The notes under the pieces: model-generated
Seen by the model: only the letters and a program-made list of their open reading frames with translations
Told to the model about the DNA's origin: nothing
Databases searched by the model: none
Position numbers and translations under genes: made by a program
In this document: positions 11,406 through 24,650 of the stretch, piece after piece
Layout: every line of letters begins with the position of its first letter
How positions within the stretch are numbered: position 1 is the stretch's first letter
Assembly (NCBI GenBank): GCA_963755445.1
Contig: CAVWJQ010000010.1
Span: 118,720-182,719 of the forward strand
Length of the DNA: 64,000 nucleotides
Source of the DNA: an uncultured Acidimicrobiaceae bacterium
Lineage (GTDB): Bacteria; Actinomycetota; Acidimicrobiia; Acidimicrobiales; RAAP-2
Reading direction: 5' to 3'

Positions 11406-12771
11406 TTAGCCCGTGACGCCGGAAGCGTTGTACAGACTTTGCGTTGCAGTCGAATCCCGTGCCCGTCGGCAGCTCACGGACGTATTTCCCGTTCTTGATG
11501 CCGGCCATCACCAGGAAGCAGGGTGTCAGCGTCTTGGCCGCCGGATCCGAGCCTCCGAAGAGCCCGTTGGCGTTGAAGCTCGTGATCTTCCTCAGCTCGG
11601 CCATGACGGAACCCGCTGGTCGGGTTGCGGCCCGGCCGCCTTGAGGGCCTGCACGAACAGCTCGGCGGACAGCCCATCCGAAGAGCGTGTAGAGGTCGGG
11701 AGACCAGGACGAGTTCACCTTCTTCACGTAGGTGTCGAATTGCTTGACCGCCGGCACCTTGTTGGCGTCCTGCCGAGGTACAGGGCGTAGACCTGGCCGA
11801 TCTGAATCCCGTTGGTCGCCGCCGGGCCGCCGGCATGGGAGATGAACTGGTCGGCGTAGACGGGACCTCCCGAGAAGATGAGCCCCGGGTGCCAGTTCTG
11901 GGTGTTGGCGTTCTCCACGAAGATCGCGGCGTCCTGCCAGTCGATCCCGGTCAGATCGACCGCGTTCACGCCCTTGTTCTTCATGTTGATGACATCGGTC
12001 GTGAAGTCGGACGCCAGCGGATTGACATCGTCGACGTAGGCGATCTTGTAGCCCACGCTCTTCAGGCCGGCGAACTGTTGGGCCATCTGGGTCTTGGCCG
12101 ACGCGACATCGGAGACGATGGCGCCGACGGTCGTGTCCTTGGGGTAGTGCTTCTTGTAGTAGCTGAACCGGTCCCAGGGTCTCCTGGCCGGACAGCGGTT
12201 GTGCGCTGAAGTCGTTGGGCAACGCGTTGGTGCCGGCGTCGAGCGTCACGGAGACGTCGGGCACGGCAGTGTTGCTGGCCAGCGCCGCACACCCGTACCC
12301 GTCGAAGAGCGAGAAACTCCCCACCAGCGCGAAGTCGTTGTTGATCGCCTCCTGGGTCTCGGTCGGTGTTCTGCTGACCACTGAAGGCGTCGTCCTTGGA
12401 GTCGACGAGAAGCTTGCGGCCGTTGACGCCACCCTGGGCGTTGATCATGTCGAAGTAGGCCTTCACCCCGATCGGGGCGCCCTGCGAACAGGCCCGGGAC
12501 GGGCCCCGTGATGATGGAGACGTTCCCGACCGTCACCGAATTCTTGGTGATCCCGGTCGTCGCCGCATTCTGGGCCGCCGTCGGCGCCAGGGCCGGCGTA
12601 CAGGTGCCCGAGGCCGACGAGGCCGCCCCGGCCGGTGCAGCGGCCACCAGGGCGCCTCCGCCGATGGCGACCGACCCCGCGATCACGGAGCCGGCCAGCA
12701 GGCCGCGGAGCGGCTCGACCGCCCCGCGCGCGCTTGCTCGAGCCGTACGTCTGCACGTTCCCCACAGCCAC
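11406..12771 (-). CDS. Branched-chain amino acid ABC transporter substrate-binding protein (at least 6 frame changes)
   Basis: Signal-like N-terminus (AGSVAIGGGALVAAAPAGAASSASG). Conserved pieces ITKNSVTVGNVSIITGPVPGLF, KAYFDMINAQGGVNGRKLLVDSKDD, MAQQFAGLKSVGYKIAYVDD and TPCFLVMAGIKNGKY are scattered over all three minus frames. Confidence 0.7.
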
Positions 12772-12853
12772 CCCTTCTCGGTTGTCCGTCCCTCCCCTCC
12801 CGGCTTCAGTCCCGGTCGGGGTGGGCGGTCACAATTCGGGAGCTGACTCTACG

Positions 12854-14129
12854 TCAGAAACAATTCTCGAGTGCAGTCACGCCCAGGTCACCGGCCGTTT
12901 CACCGGCGGCCCGCGCCGCCTCGAGGAAGTCTGCAACGGCCGAGGTCGTGGCCTGGCAGCGCAGTGAGGCCAGGACGTCGAAAGCATGCTGGGCCAGGGG
13001 CAACTCGGCGTAGGCAACGGGGGCGAGGGACACCGACCGCAGTCGCTCCACGAACCGCCGCGCCGACTCCACCGGCACCAGCGTGTCGTTGACCCCCTGG
13101 AGCACGAAGAACGGAGGGGCCTCGGCCCGGACCCGGTAGGTGGGCGAAGCAAGCCGGAAGAGGTCGGGGTGCTCGGACTCCTTCGTCTTCATGACGCGTC
13201 TTCTCGAGCATTTTGAGGAGGCCCGGGCCGAAGATGGCCGAACCGTCGGGCGAGCTCGTCAGGTCCATGACGCCGTAGAAGGGGACACAAGCCTGGACCG
13301 TCCGTCTCGACCTCCTCGAATCCGGGCTGGAACGCGGGATCGCCGGCGCTCAGAGCGAGGAGCGCGCACAGATGGCCACCGGCCGAACCACCGCTGACGG
13401 CGACGAAGGAAGGGTCGCCCCCGTAGTCGCCGATGTGCTCCTTGACCCAGCCCACCGCCCGCTTGGCGTCGACGATGTGATCGGGCCAGGTGGCCTTGGG
13501 GCTGAGCCGGTAATTGATCGCCACGCAGACCCAGCCCCGGGCGACGAGCTCGTACATCATCGGCTTGCCCTGCTCGCGCTTCTCGCCGATCATCCAGGCG
13601 CCCCCGTGGATGTAGACCATGACCGGGGCCTTTCCCGGACGGTGCCAGACGCGACTGGTAGACGTCGAGGCGGTGGCGCTTGATGCCGTCACCCCAGTAG
13701 TCGATGTTGCGGCGTCACCCGCACGGCCCGCGAGCCGAAGGGGATGGCCCGGGTCACCCGCCACCAGCGGCCCCACGTCGGTGCGGTCGGCTGCACGGGC
13801 ACGGGAAACGCCGGGGTCCGCACCTCGCTCAACGCGGCGGCGGTCACATCGGCGGCCCGCCTCCCAGCGATGCCCAGCCCGACCAGCCCGACCCAGTCCG
13901 CGACGGCGACGGCCAATCCCAACCAGCCGGCCCAGTTCGACAACGCTCCGGCCCAAATGAAGAGGCCGGTCGCCACGACCTGCCACAGGATGTTCTGGAA
14001 GGCCAGCTCGCCGGCGATCCAGCCGCAGGTGAAACTGAGAACGGTGAAGGGCTCCCGGCGTATGGGGCGGTAGGCGAGCACCACGGCCACGGCTCCGATG
14101 AGCGTCAGGATCAAAAAGACGTACGGCAC
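12854..14129 (-). CDS. Membrane-anchored alpha/beta hydrolase, hormone-sensitive-lipase-like esterase/lipase (at least 3 frame changes)
   Basis: N-terminal TM segments (VPYVFLILTLIGAVAVVLAY..). Oxyanion block VMVYIHGGAWMIG, nucleophile elbow VSGGSAGGHL, C-terminal PFFVLQGVNDTLVP..AQHAF. The GTG at 14129 is my preferred start; the ATG at 14231 is an alternative. Confidence 0.7.
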
Positions 14130-14257
14130 ACCACCATCTTCGCCCGACGGAGGCGTTCTCCGCAGGTCCACCCTGGTCGGAGGGTCCCCGCCCCGTTTGC
14201 CCTGGCCTGAAGGAGGCGCGAGGTTATGCACGCCGTGACGATGACCAAGGAGAGTCG

Positions 14258-15765
14258 ATGACCCCCGAACGGCTGACCGGGCTCGATGCGAGTTTCCTCT
14301 ACATGGAGACCCCCACCCTCCACATGCACGTCGCCATGACGGCCGTCTTCGACCCCGCCACGGTGCCGGGCGGGTATTCGTTCCGGCGGATCCGCCAACT
14401 GATCAACGACCGCATCCCCCTGGCCCCGGTGTTCCAACGCCGCCTGGTGGAAGTGCCCATGCGGTTGGGCCACCCCGTCTGGGTGGACGATCCCGAATTC
14501 GACATCGACAACCATCTGCGGCGCGCCGCGTTGCCCTCTCCCGGCGGCATGCGGGAGCTGGGCGACTTCGCCGCCGACGTCATCAGCCGCCAGCTGCACC
14601 GGGATCGTCCGCTCTGGGAGATGTGGATCGTCGAGGGCCTGGAGGACGGGAAGATCGCCGTGGTCATCAAGATGCACCACAGCACCATCGACGGCGTGTC
14701 CGGAGCGGAGCTCCTCGGCGTCCTGTTCGACCTCGAGCCCAACCCCCCGGAGACGCATCCGCAGACCGCCCGGCCCTTCGACACCCGCATCCCGTCCGGC
14801 CTGGAACTCGTCTCGCAGGCGATGATGGCCGGTCTGGTGGCGCCCTTCGACCTGGGTCGCACGGTGCTGCGCACCACCCGCAGCATCTTCGACGTGCGCC
14901 GCATCCGCCAGGGTCTGACGGCGAAGGCCGCGCTGCCGTTGACGGCACCGCGCACCTCCATCAACGTCGCGGTGCACGCCCGCCGACGCGTCGCCTTCGC
15001 CGCCGCCAGCCTCGCCGACGCCAAGGCGCTCAAGGACAAAATGGGTACCACCGTCAACGATGTCGTGCTTGGCGATGTGTGCCGGCGCACTGCGGACCTA
15101 TCTCCTGGCCGGCGACGAGCTGCCCGACATCCCGCTCGTCTCGGTGGTCCCGGTCTCGGTGGCGCCCGACGTGGCCGGAGCTGAAGGGCTCCAACAAGGT
15201 GTCGGCGATGTTCGTCCAGCTGCCCTGCCACATTGAGGACCCGCTCGAACGGTTGCAGCTCATTCACGAGGGGACCAAGGGGGCGAAGGAGGAGCACCAG
15301 GCGCTCGGGGCGACGACCTTGCAGGACTGGGCCGAGCACGCCACGCCCAACGTGTTCGCGGCGGCGGCGCGGCTCTACACCGGCATGAAGCTCGCCGACC
15401 GGCACCGGCCCGTCGCCAACCTCGTGATCTCCAACGTGCCGGGTCCGGATTTCCCCTGTACCTGGGCGGGAGCCAGATGCTCGGCATGTTCCCCCTCGGC
15501 CCCGTCATGGACGGGATGGGCCTGAACATCACCATCATGAGCAACATGGGCGTCCTGTACTGGGGGCTCGCCTCCGACGCCCGTGCCGTCCCACGCCTGT
15601 GGGACGTCGCCGCCGCCGTCCCGCGGCGCTCTGACCGAGCTGATGGAGGCGGCCGGCCTCGAGTCGCAGCCGTTCGACGTCCCGATCCACCTCGGTCCCG
15701 GCATGCCGCCGACGGCCCACTGGGTCCGATCCGCTGCGTCGGTCGATGCCGGAGGCGACCGGTAG
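14258..15765 (+). CDS. Wax ester synthase/diacylglycerol acyltransferase (WS/DGAT; 3 frame changes)
   Basis: MTPERLTGLDASFLYMETPTLHMHV, catalytic HHxxxDG motif (KMHHSTIDGVSG), C-terminal NLVISNVPGP and GMGLNITIMSNMGVLYWGL. Confidence 0.85.
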
Positions 15766-15774
15766 CGTGAGCGC

Positions 15775-16235
15775 ATGACAGTTCGCGAGCTCGGCCACCT
15801 GGTGCTGTACGTCCGTGACCTCGGGCGCTCCGTCGACTTCTACCGCGACGTGCTGGGCTGGCAGCAGGTCCTGCCCGCGCCCGGCGAGGTCCCCGTCGGC
15901 GCCGCCGGGTTCTCGTCGGGTCGCACGCATCACGAGCTGCTGCTCATCGAAGTCGGTCCCGACGCCACGCCCGATCCCGTCCGGGCCGGCGCGTCGGGAT
16001 GTACCACTTCGGCCTCAACGTCGGAGAGACCGACGACGATCTGCGGGAGGCGCTCGCGACGGTCCAGGCCGCCGGCGCCACCGTGGTCGGTTCCGCCGAC
16101 CACACCGTGACCCACAGCATCTACATCCTCGACCCCGACGGGAACGAGATCGAGCTCTACGTCGACGTTCCCGGCGTGGACTGGCAGTCGAACCCGACCC
16201 TCGTCGGCGCCGCCATCCGCCCGCTCCGGCTCTGA
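15775..16235 (+). CDS. VOC/glyoxalase-family protein (1 frame change near 15990)
   Basis: LGHLVLYVRDLGRSVDFYRDVLGW .. HHELLLIE .. MYHFGLNV .. HSIYILDPDGNEIELY. Confidence 0.75.
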
Positions 16236-16267
16236 CGCACCCGGGCGACCAGGTCGTGACGCAAGCG

Positions 16268-16885
16268 ATGCGCGCCGTGCGCGCCGATGCCGAGGGCGAG
16301 CGCGCCGCCGTGGAGTGGCTGCTGCAGGGCGGGGTCGCCGTGGTGCCGACCGACACCGTCTACGGGTTGGCGGCGCGGCCGGACGAGGTCGACGCCGTGC
16401 GCAGCATCTACCGCCTGAAGGGGCGGCCCGAGGGCATGCACCTCCCGGTCCTGGCCGCCTCCGTGGACCAGGTGCGTGCCCTCGGGGTGGCCTTCACGCC
16501 CGGAGCGGAGGCGCTGGCCCGACGCTGGTGGCCCGGACCGCTCACGCTCGCCTTCGGGTTCGATCCGCAGCTCGAACGACCCGAATGGCTGCAGGGGCGC
16601 GCCGAGGTCGCCGTCCGCATCCCCGCTCACAATTTCCTGCGCGCCGTCCTGGAGCAGACCGGCGTGCTCGTCGTGACCAGTGCCAACCGCCACGGCGCCC
16701 CGACGCCACGGACGGCGGACGACGTCGCGGGCGCCCTTGGCTCCGCAGTGGAGCTGATCATCGATGGCGGGGAACTGCAGGACGTCCCCTCGACGTTGGT
16801 CAACGTCAGCGGGACGGAGCCGTCGCGTGGAGCGCGAGGGCGCCATTTCGCAGCACGCCATCGCCGACGCACTGCGCGAGGCCCG

Positions 16886-16889
<4 letters not shown>
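16268..16889 (+). CDS. tsaC: L-threonylcarbamoyladenylate synthase (YrdC/Sua5 domain; 1 frame change near 16830)
   Basis: GGVAVVPTDTVYGLAARPDEVDAVRSIYRLKGRPEGMHLPVL, WPGPLTL, VVTSANRHGAPTP, STLVNVSG. The stop overlaps the tsaD start. Confidence 0.8.
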
Positions 16890-18180
<1,291 letters not shown>

Positions 18181-18191
18181 CGTCGCCTCGC

Positions 18192-19890
18192 CTAGTAGAG
18201 CCCGACCACGTTGCCGCTCTCGTCGATGTCGATCCGCTCCGCCGCCGGGCTGCTCGAGAGCCCGGGCATGGTGCGCATGTCGCCACTGATCAGGTAGACG
18301 AATCCGGCGCCCACGTTGGCCCTGGCCTCGCGGACAGGAAGGCGCCACCCCCGGGGCGCGCCCCGGAGCGAGGGATCCGAGGAGATGGAGAGGTGCGTCT
18401 TGGCGATGCAGACCGGGAACGAGCCGAAGCCGGCCCGCTCGTACCTTTCGAGCTGGGTCGCCGCCTGCGGGAGGTAGTCGACCCCGTCCGCGCCGTAGAT
18501 CTCGGTCGCCACCGTCTCGATCTTCTGCCGCAGGGACGCCTCGTCGTCGTAGAGCATGTGGAACTCGCCCGGCTCCGCCGCCGCCTCGACGACCGCCTCG
18601 GCCAGTTCGACGGCACCCTTCCCACCGTTCTCGAAGTGCGTGCACACGGCGGACCGCGCCCCCACCGACGCCGCGATCTCCCGGATGGCGGCGTGCTCGG
18701 AAGGGAAGTCGCCCGCCATGGCATTGATGGCGACGACGGGCGTGACGCCGTGACGCCGCACGATGGCCAGGTGGGCCAGGAGGTTGGCCGCGCCCAGGTG
18801 GACCTCTTCGGGGTTCTCCTCCAACATGGCCGGTGGCAGCGGACGCCCCGCCACGACGCGGTGCCGACCCGAATGCAACTTCATCGCCCTCACGGTGGTC
18901 ACCACCACGGCGGCATCGGGAACGAGACCCGACGTCCGGCACTTGATGTTGAAGAACCGCTCCGCCCCCATGTCGGCGCCGAATCCGGCCTCGGTGATCA
19001 GGAACTCCCCGGCATGAATGCCGATCAGGTCGGCGACGACGGACGAGTTGCCGTGGGCGATGTTGCCGAAGGGGCCGGCGTGCACGAGCGCCGGCGTGTT
19101 CTCGAGCGTCTGCAGCAGATTGGGCTTCATGGCATCGCGCATGATGACGGTCATGGCCCCGGCCGCCTTGATCTGCTCGGCGGTGACCGGTTCACCGGCC
19201 GAGGTGTACCCGACCACAATGCGGCCCATGCGCTCGCGCATGTCGCGCAGCGACGTCGACAGCGCGAGGATCGCCATGACCTCGGAGGCCGGCGTGATGT
19301 CGAAGCCGGTCTGGCGCGGTGCGCCGTCCTGCTTCGTCCCGAGCCCGCTCACGATGTGCCGGAGGGAGCGGTCGTTGACGTCGAGCACGCGCTTCCACGT
19401 CACGTCGTGCGGATCGAGCCCGCAGCGTGTTCCCGTGGTAGATGTGGTTGTCCACCATGGCGGCCAGCAGGTTGTTGGCCGCCGTCACCGCGTGCAGGTC
19501 TCCGGTCAGGTGCAGGTTCAGGCTCTCGAACGGGACCACCTGGCTGTAACCGCCACCCGCCGCGCCGCCCTTGATCCCGAAGGTCGGGCCCATGGAGGGC
19601 TGCCGGATGGCGATGGTCGCCTGCCTCCCGATGCAGGCCATGGCCTGGCCCAGCCCGACTGTCGTCGTGGTCTTGCCCTCACCGAGCGGCGTGGGAGTGA
19701 CGGCCGTCACGACCACGTAGCGGGCCCGGGGCCGGTCGGCCAGGGCTTCGACGGCGTCGAGGCTTATTTTGGCGACGTCGCTGCCGTAGGGCTCGAGGAG
19801 CCCGGGATCGATGCCCATCTGGGCGGCGATGTCGGTCATCGGACGCAAGTTGGCCTGCCGCGCGATCTCGATGGCCGGAGGAAGGGGCAC
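18192..19890 (-). CDS. fhs: Formate--tetrahydrofolate ligase (1 frame change near 19410)
   Basis: [61 protein letters not shown] start at 19890. Confidence 0.9.
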
Positions 19891-20038
19891 CGGACACGGA
19901 TCATGCCAGACGGAGCGAGAGGGCACGCCGCCCGGCGGTTCTCGCAGGGCGCGCCGCCGCGGCCTACCCTCGCGGTGAGCGCTCCGGCAGACCGGCGCGT
20001 CGGGCCCACCGCCGGGCACCGGGAAAGGAGCAGTCGCC

Positions 20039-20548
20039 ATGTCGAAGGCCGATGGCGTCTTCATCTACATCGGGACCTATGCCAGCGAGGTCGACGCCCG
20101 CGCCGACTACGACGTCGTCAAGGACCTCCACGCCGTCGGCGCCGTGGGCACCTACGACGCCGCCGTCATCACCAAGGACGACCAGGGGAAGATCCACGTC
20201 AACAAGGACGAGACGACCACCCGGCACGGGGCCTGGGGCGGCGCCGCCGCCGGCGCGCTCGTCGGCATTCTGTTCCCGCCCTCCATCATCGGTTCGGCCA
20301 TTGTGGGTGCCGCCATCGGCGGTGTGAGCGGGCACCTGTGGAAGGGGATGTCCCGCACCGACGTCAAGGAGTTCGGCGAGGCCATCGATGCCGGCGAGGC
20401 CGCCCTGGTGATCGTGGGCGAGACGACGATCGAAGACGCCATTGAGAAGGCCGCCCTCAAGGCCCAGAAGAAGGTCGCCAAGGAACTCCAGGTCGACAAG
20501 AAGGACGTCGACAAGGCGGTGCAGGAGGCCGCGCAGTCGATCTCTTGA
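20039..20548 (+). CDS. DUF1269-like membrane protein (glycine-zipper segment)
   Basis: Intact 169 aa behind a good SD (GGGAAAGGAG). The ferredoxin-like N-terminus, central [35 protein letters not shown] and charged C-terminal helix match the DUF1269 layout from memory. Confidence 0.6.
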   Translation: MSKADGVFIYIGTYASEVDARADYDVVKDLHAVGAVGTYDAAVITKDDQGKIHVNKDETTTRHGAWGGAAAGALVGILFPPSIIGSAIVGAAIGGVSGHLWKGMSRTDVKEFGEAIDAGEAALVIVGETTIEDAIEKAALKAQKKVAKELQVDKKDVDKAVQEAAQSIS

Positions 20549-21767
20549 ACCGTCGCACGCTCGCGCTCGGGCCGCGCCATGATCGCTCGCCCACGTGCTG
20601 GCTCTGGTCGCTCGGCGCCCTGGTGGCGCTGGCCGTCCTGGGCTCCGCGCTCAAGACCGTCGTCCTGCCCCGGCAGGGCTTCCCGCGCCTGTCGCAGTTC
20701 GTCTTTGCGCTGGTCCACCGGCTCCTGGTCCACCCCCGGCGACACGACCGCCTGGCCAGCTCGTTGCGCGGGCTGTACGCGCCGGTCGCCCTGGTCAGCC
20801 TGCCGCTGGCCTGGATGATCCTGATGATGCTGGCCTTCACCGGCATCTACTGGGGCTCGCACGACCTCACCTGGTCGCGGGCCTTCGAAATCAGCGTGTC
20901 ATCGGTCACCACCATGGGCTTCGCCGAGCCCAACGGAACCGGCCGGATCTGGATCGCCTTCGTGGAGGCGATCATCGGACTGGGTCTCGTCGCCCTGCTC
21001 ATCAGCTACCTGCCCACCATCTACTCCGCCTACAACGACCGCGACAAGGGCACCAACCGCCTGCGCCCGATCGCCGGCTCGCCTCCGAGCGCAACGGAGT
21101 TCCTCCAGAGCCTGCAACGCCTGGGCAGCCTGGAAAGCCCCGAGCTGTGGCGGAATGCGGCCGACTGGATGCTCGACCTCGAGCAGACACATACCGCGTT
21201 CCCCATCCTCAGCTACTTCCCCGAGTCGGACCCCGAGCAGTCGTGGGTGGCCACCGTGGGGATCGCTGCTCGACGCGTCCGCGCTCGTCTTCGCTGTTTC
21301 CGACCGCGACTGCCGGCGACGTCTTCGCCGACGCGCAGAAGGGCCCGCTGACCGTGCTGGTCTACGGACTCCCGCTGATCGTGCGCATCGCCCAGGCCGT
21401 CAACATCCCGCTGCCGCCGCCGACGCAGGCTGCCCGAGCTCATGGCCCACGCCGACCAGCCGGCCCCGACGGTCAGCGTCAGCCGGGACGAGTACGAGGC
21501 GGCCGATGACGGCCCTCTCGGGGATCCTCGCCGTCGAGCCGGGGCGGGAGGAGCGAGGCGTGGCGCCGTTTCGCCTGGATCCGTTCCGCCTACGAGCCGG
21601 CGCTGCGCGCCTTGGCCGGCGTCACCTTGGCCTCCCCCGCGCCGTGGACGACGGACCGTCCGGCGGTGGTCGGCAGGCCCCGCTTCCTGCGGCACCGCGC
21701 CCTGCGCGTCGACTGGTCGCAACGGCCGCCACTCCCGGTGGCCAGCGCGACCCCTACAGGTGGCTGA
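20545..21767 (+). CDS. Two-TM ion-channel-like protein with a degenerate pore signature and a long cytosolic C-terminal domain (at least 3 frame changes)
   Basis: TTG start overlaps the upstream stop (TTGA). Shows TM - pore helix - [10 protein letters not shown] - TM ([22 protein letters not shown]), like the K+ channel Ion_trans_2 fold. The C-terminal ~250 aa is stitched and unassigned. Confidence 0.5.
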
Positions 21768-23156
21768 AGCCGCCTGACTCCTCTTTGGTCATCGGCACCG
21801 TCACCGGGTGGCGATCGAAGTGGGCGATCGACTGCTCGAGATCCTCGAGCAGGATGCCGGCCAGGTCGCGACTGACACCCTGGCGCACCAGAATCCGCTG
21901 CACCGAGATGTCCGAGACGGATCCCGTCAGCGGGTAGGCCGGGACCTGCCAGCCGCGCGCTCGCATCCGGTCGGCGACGTCGTAGAGCGTGTAACCCGGG
22001 TCCTCGCCCTCTTTGATCCGCCAGGCCACCGACGGAATCCCCTTCAGGGGGTCCGAGTCGCACAGCAATTCGAACGGGCCCAGCTTGACGATCTCCTCGG
22101 CCAGGAACTTGCCGGTGTTGTAACAGGCGTCGTGGACCCTGCGGTAGCCGCCCACGCCCGAGCCGCACGAAGTTGTAGTACTGCGCCACGACCTGGCCGG
22201 CGGGGCGGGAGAAGTTGATCTGGAACACCGGCATGTCGCCCCCGAGGTAGGTGACATGGAAGATGAGGTCGTCCGGCAGGTCCGCCTTGTCCCGCCACAG
22301 CACCCAGCCCACGCCGAGCGGGGCCAAGCCGAACTTGTGTCCCGAGGTGCTGATGGACTTCACACGAGGGATGCGGAAGTCCCACAGAATGTCAGGGGCG
22401 CAGAAGGGGGCGAGGAACGCGCCGCTGGCGCCATCGACGTGGATGTCCACGTCGAGGCCGGTCTCCTCCTGCAGCTTGTCGAGCGCCTGGGAGAGCTCGA
22501 GCACCGGTTCGTACGACCCGGTGTAGGTGACGCCGAAGGTCGGGCACCACCATGATGGTGTTCTCGTCCACCTGCTCGAGCATCTGCTCGACGTCCATCT
22601 GGTAGCGCCCGGGCGACATCGGAATCTCGCGCATCTCAATGTCCCAGTAGCGGGCGAACTTGTGCCAGACGACCTGCACGGGGCCGCACACCATGTTGGG
22701 CCGGTCGGTCGGCTTGCCCGCCGCCTCCCGCTTCGCCCTCCAGCGCCACTTGGCCGCCATGCCTCCGAGCATGCAGGCCTCGGACGAGCCGATGGCGGAA
22801 CACCCGACCGGCTCCCCCTCGTCGGGCGCATTCCACAGGCCGGCCAGCATGCGCACACAGCGCCGTTCGAGCTCGGCCGTCTGGGGATACTCGTCCTTGT
22901 CGATGAGGTTCTTGTCGATGCAGATGTCCATCAACTGATGGACCTCGGGCTCCTCCCAGGTCTGGCAGAACGTGGCCAGGTTCTGGCGAGCGTTGCCATC
23001 GAGGAGGAGCTCGTCGGAGATGGCCCGCATGACATCGACCGGCCGCATCTCGTCGTCGGGGCAGTGCGTCGCCGGCAGGGCAGACTTCAGCCCCTGGTCG
23101 GCGTACACCGAGTCGATCAATTGATCCCGGATGGTCTCCCGCTTGTGCAAAGGCAT
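21754..23156 (-). CDS. gad: Glutamate decarboxylase, PLP-dependent (2 frame changes)
   Basis: [34 protein letters not shown]-lysine block [38 protein letters not shown]-terminal ..ESGGFSHL. Confidence 0.85.
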
Positions 23157-23454
23157 GACGCCCCCTTGGCTCTGTTGGTCGGACGTCGGTACCGTATCCC
23201 CGTTCCGGGGACCGCAATGACGGTTGCCGCCGCACACGACGGCTGAAGTGGGCCGGCCGACCGGGTCCACCAACGGAGATGATGGACGAGTGAGGGCCGC
23301 CGCGTCATCACCCTCAACGGGTGACGCACAGTCAGAGCCACCCGCTCGACGATGCCATGACCTTCGGTGGAAACGTGGGCGCAGAGCGCCTCACCGACGT
23401 GGCCGGGAGATTGGCGTCGCCACGCTGCGAATCGTGTGATGCGGGCACTCCGCG

Positions 23455-23485
23455 TCCGTCCGGCGACCAGTGGCCGCCGGACGGA
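23455..23485 (-). terminator. GC-rich stem-loop, candidate intrinsic terminator of the sigma-factor gene
   Basis: TCCGTCCGGCG (23455-23465) pairs perfectly with CGCCGGACGGA (23475-23485) across a 9-nt loop. It lies 17 nt beyond my proposed sigma stop. No U-tract follows. Confidence 0.4.
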
Positions 23486-23501
23486 GTACAGAGGAGTGCG
23501 A

Positions 23502-24470
23502 TCAGCTGGCCAGCAGCTGCAGCCGGGCGCGTCCGGCGCGCTCGCCGGTGCCGTGCTGCGCCGTGCTGCCGGCGCTGCCGCCGCTGCCGGAGCCTGGTTG
23601 AGCGGGACGGTCTCCGGCCGGTCAGCCAACTTGGAACGGAGCTGACGCAGCGCCTTCGTGTGGATCTGGCAGACCCTGCTCTCGGTCACGCCGAGTACCT
23701 GGCCGATTTCGGTCAGCGTCAGGCCGTCGTAGTAGTACATCATCAGGACGGTGCGCTCGCGCTCGGGCATGCCGTCGACGGCCGCGATGAGCGCCTCTTT
23801 CGACTCCTTCGCCTCGAAGGTGTCGACCGGGCCCCATGAACCGTCCGGCAGTGTCTCGCCCAGCGTGGAGCGCTCGGAGCGGTCGCCGCCGCGCAGCACC
23901 TCGTCCAGCGCCATCATGCCGACGGTCGAGATCTTGCGCAGCGCCTTGTGGAAGTCGCCGACGGACATCTCCAGCTCGGCTGCCACCTCGGCCTCGTTGG
24001 GCGTGCGCCGCAGCGTCCCCTCCAAGTGGGTGAACGCCTGCTCGACCGCACGGGCCTTGGTGCGCACGGAGCGGGGAACCCAGTCGATGGAGCGCAAGTT
24101 CGTCGATGATCGCCCCCTTGATCCGCGGAATGGCGTACGTCTCGAAGCGCAGATTGCGGTCGAGCTCGAAACGCTCGATGGCGTCGATGAGCCCGATGAT
24201 GCCGTAGCTGACGAGATCCTCCTCGTCGAAGTGCCGGGGCAGCCCGGCCAGGACGCGTCCGGCGATGTACTTGACGAACGGCGAGTAGTAGATGATCAGC
24301 TGGTTGCGAAGTGACTGCTCGCCGGTCCGTTTGAACTCAGACCACAGACTCTCGATACCCGCCTCTGCCGACTCCTGCGCCGTGGAAAGCGGACTTGCTG
24401 TCGATCCCACGTAGGTTTCCCCCTCTGTCATTTGCACCATCCGACCGGTGCGACTTCTCTCCTGGAACAA
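23502..24470 (-). CDS. RNA polymerase sigma factor, FliA/WhiG (sigma-28, group 3) family (1-2 frame changes; 3' end uncertain)
   Basis: LIIYYSPFVKYIAGRV, GIIGLIDAIERFELDRNLRFETYAIPRIKGAIIDEL, IDWVPRSVR, region 4 LTLTEIGQVLGVTESRVCQIHTKALRQLR. The in-frame read-through to 23117 looks non-coding; a 1-nt shift gives a stop at 23502, just before the hairpin. Confidence 0.8.
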
Positions 24471-24504
24471 TCATTTGATCATGTGCATTTCGTGTATTCA
24501 GGAG

Positions 24505-24650
24505 TAGCAACCACTCTAATAGATCGCCCTCTTGCAGGACGGTTGCGTGAACGTTGTGGAACGGTTGCAGAGGCCACGCAACCGTTGCGCAACGATTCTC
24601 TAGGAGGCGATCGGCGCCGAGAAATCGCTGGCATGCAACCCGTTGCATCG
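24505..24650. promoter_or_regulatory. Array of phased GCAACC/GGTTGC repeats (candidate response-regulator binding sites)
   Basis: GGTTGC 24541, CGTTGT 24552 and GGTTGC 24563 are spaced 11+11 bp. GCAACC 24578 and GCAACG 24589 are spaced 11 bp in the opposite orientation. Also present: GCAACC 24507, and TGCAACCCGTTGCA 24634-24648 (arms TGCAAC/GTTGCA, 2-nt spacer). Confidence 0.4.

Noticed and set aside
23117-23501. A 130-aa C-terminal extension of the sigma factor reaching into the gad start
   Set aside because: The translation after region 4.2 loses coding character and overlaps the gad 5' end. A 1-nt shift gives a stop at 23502, immediately followed by an 11-bp-stem hairpin. The extension is most likely an indel artefact.
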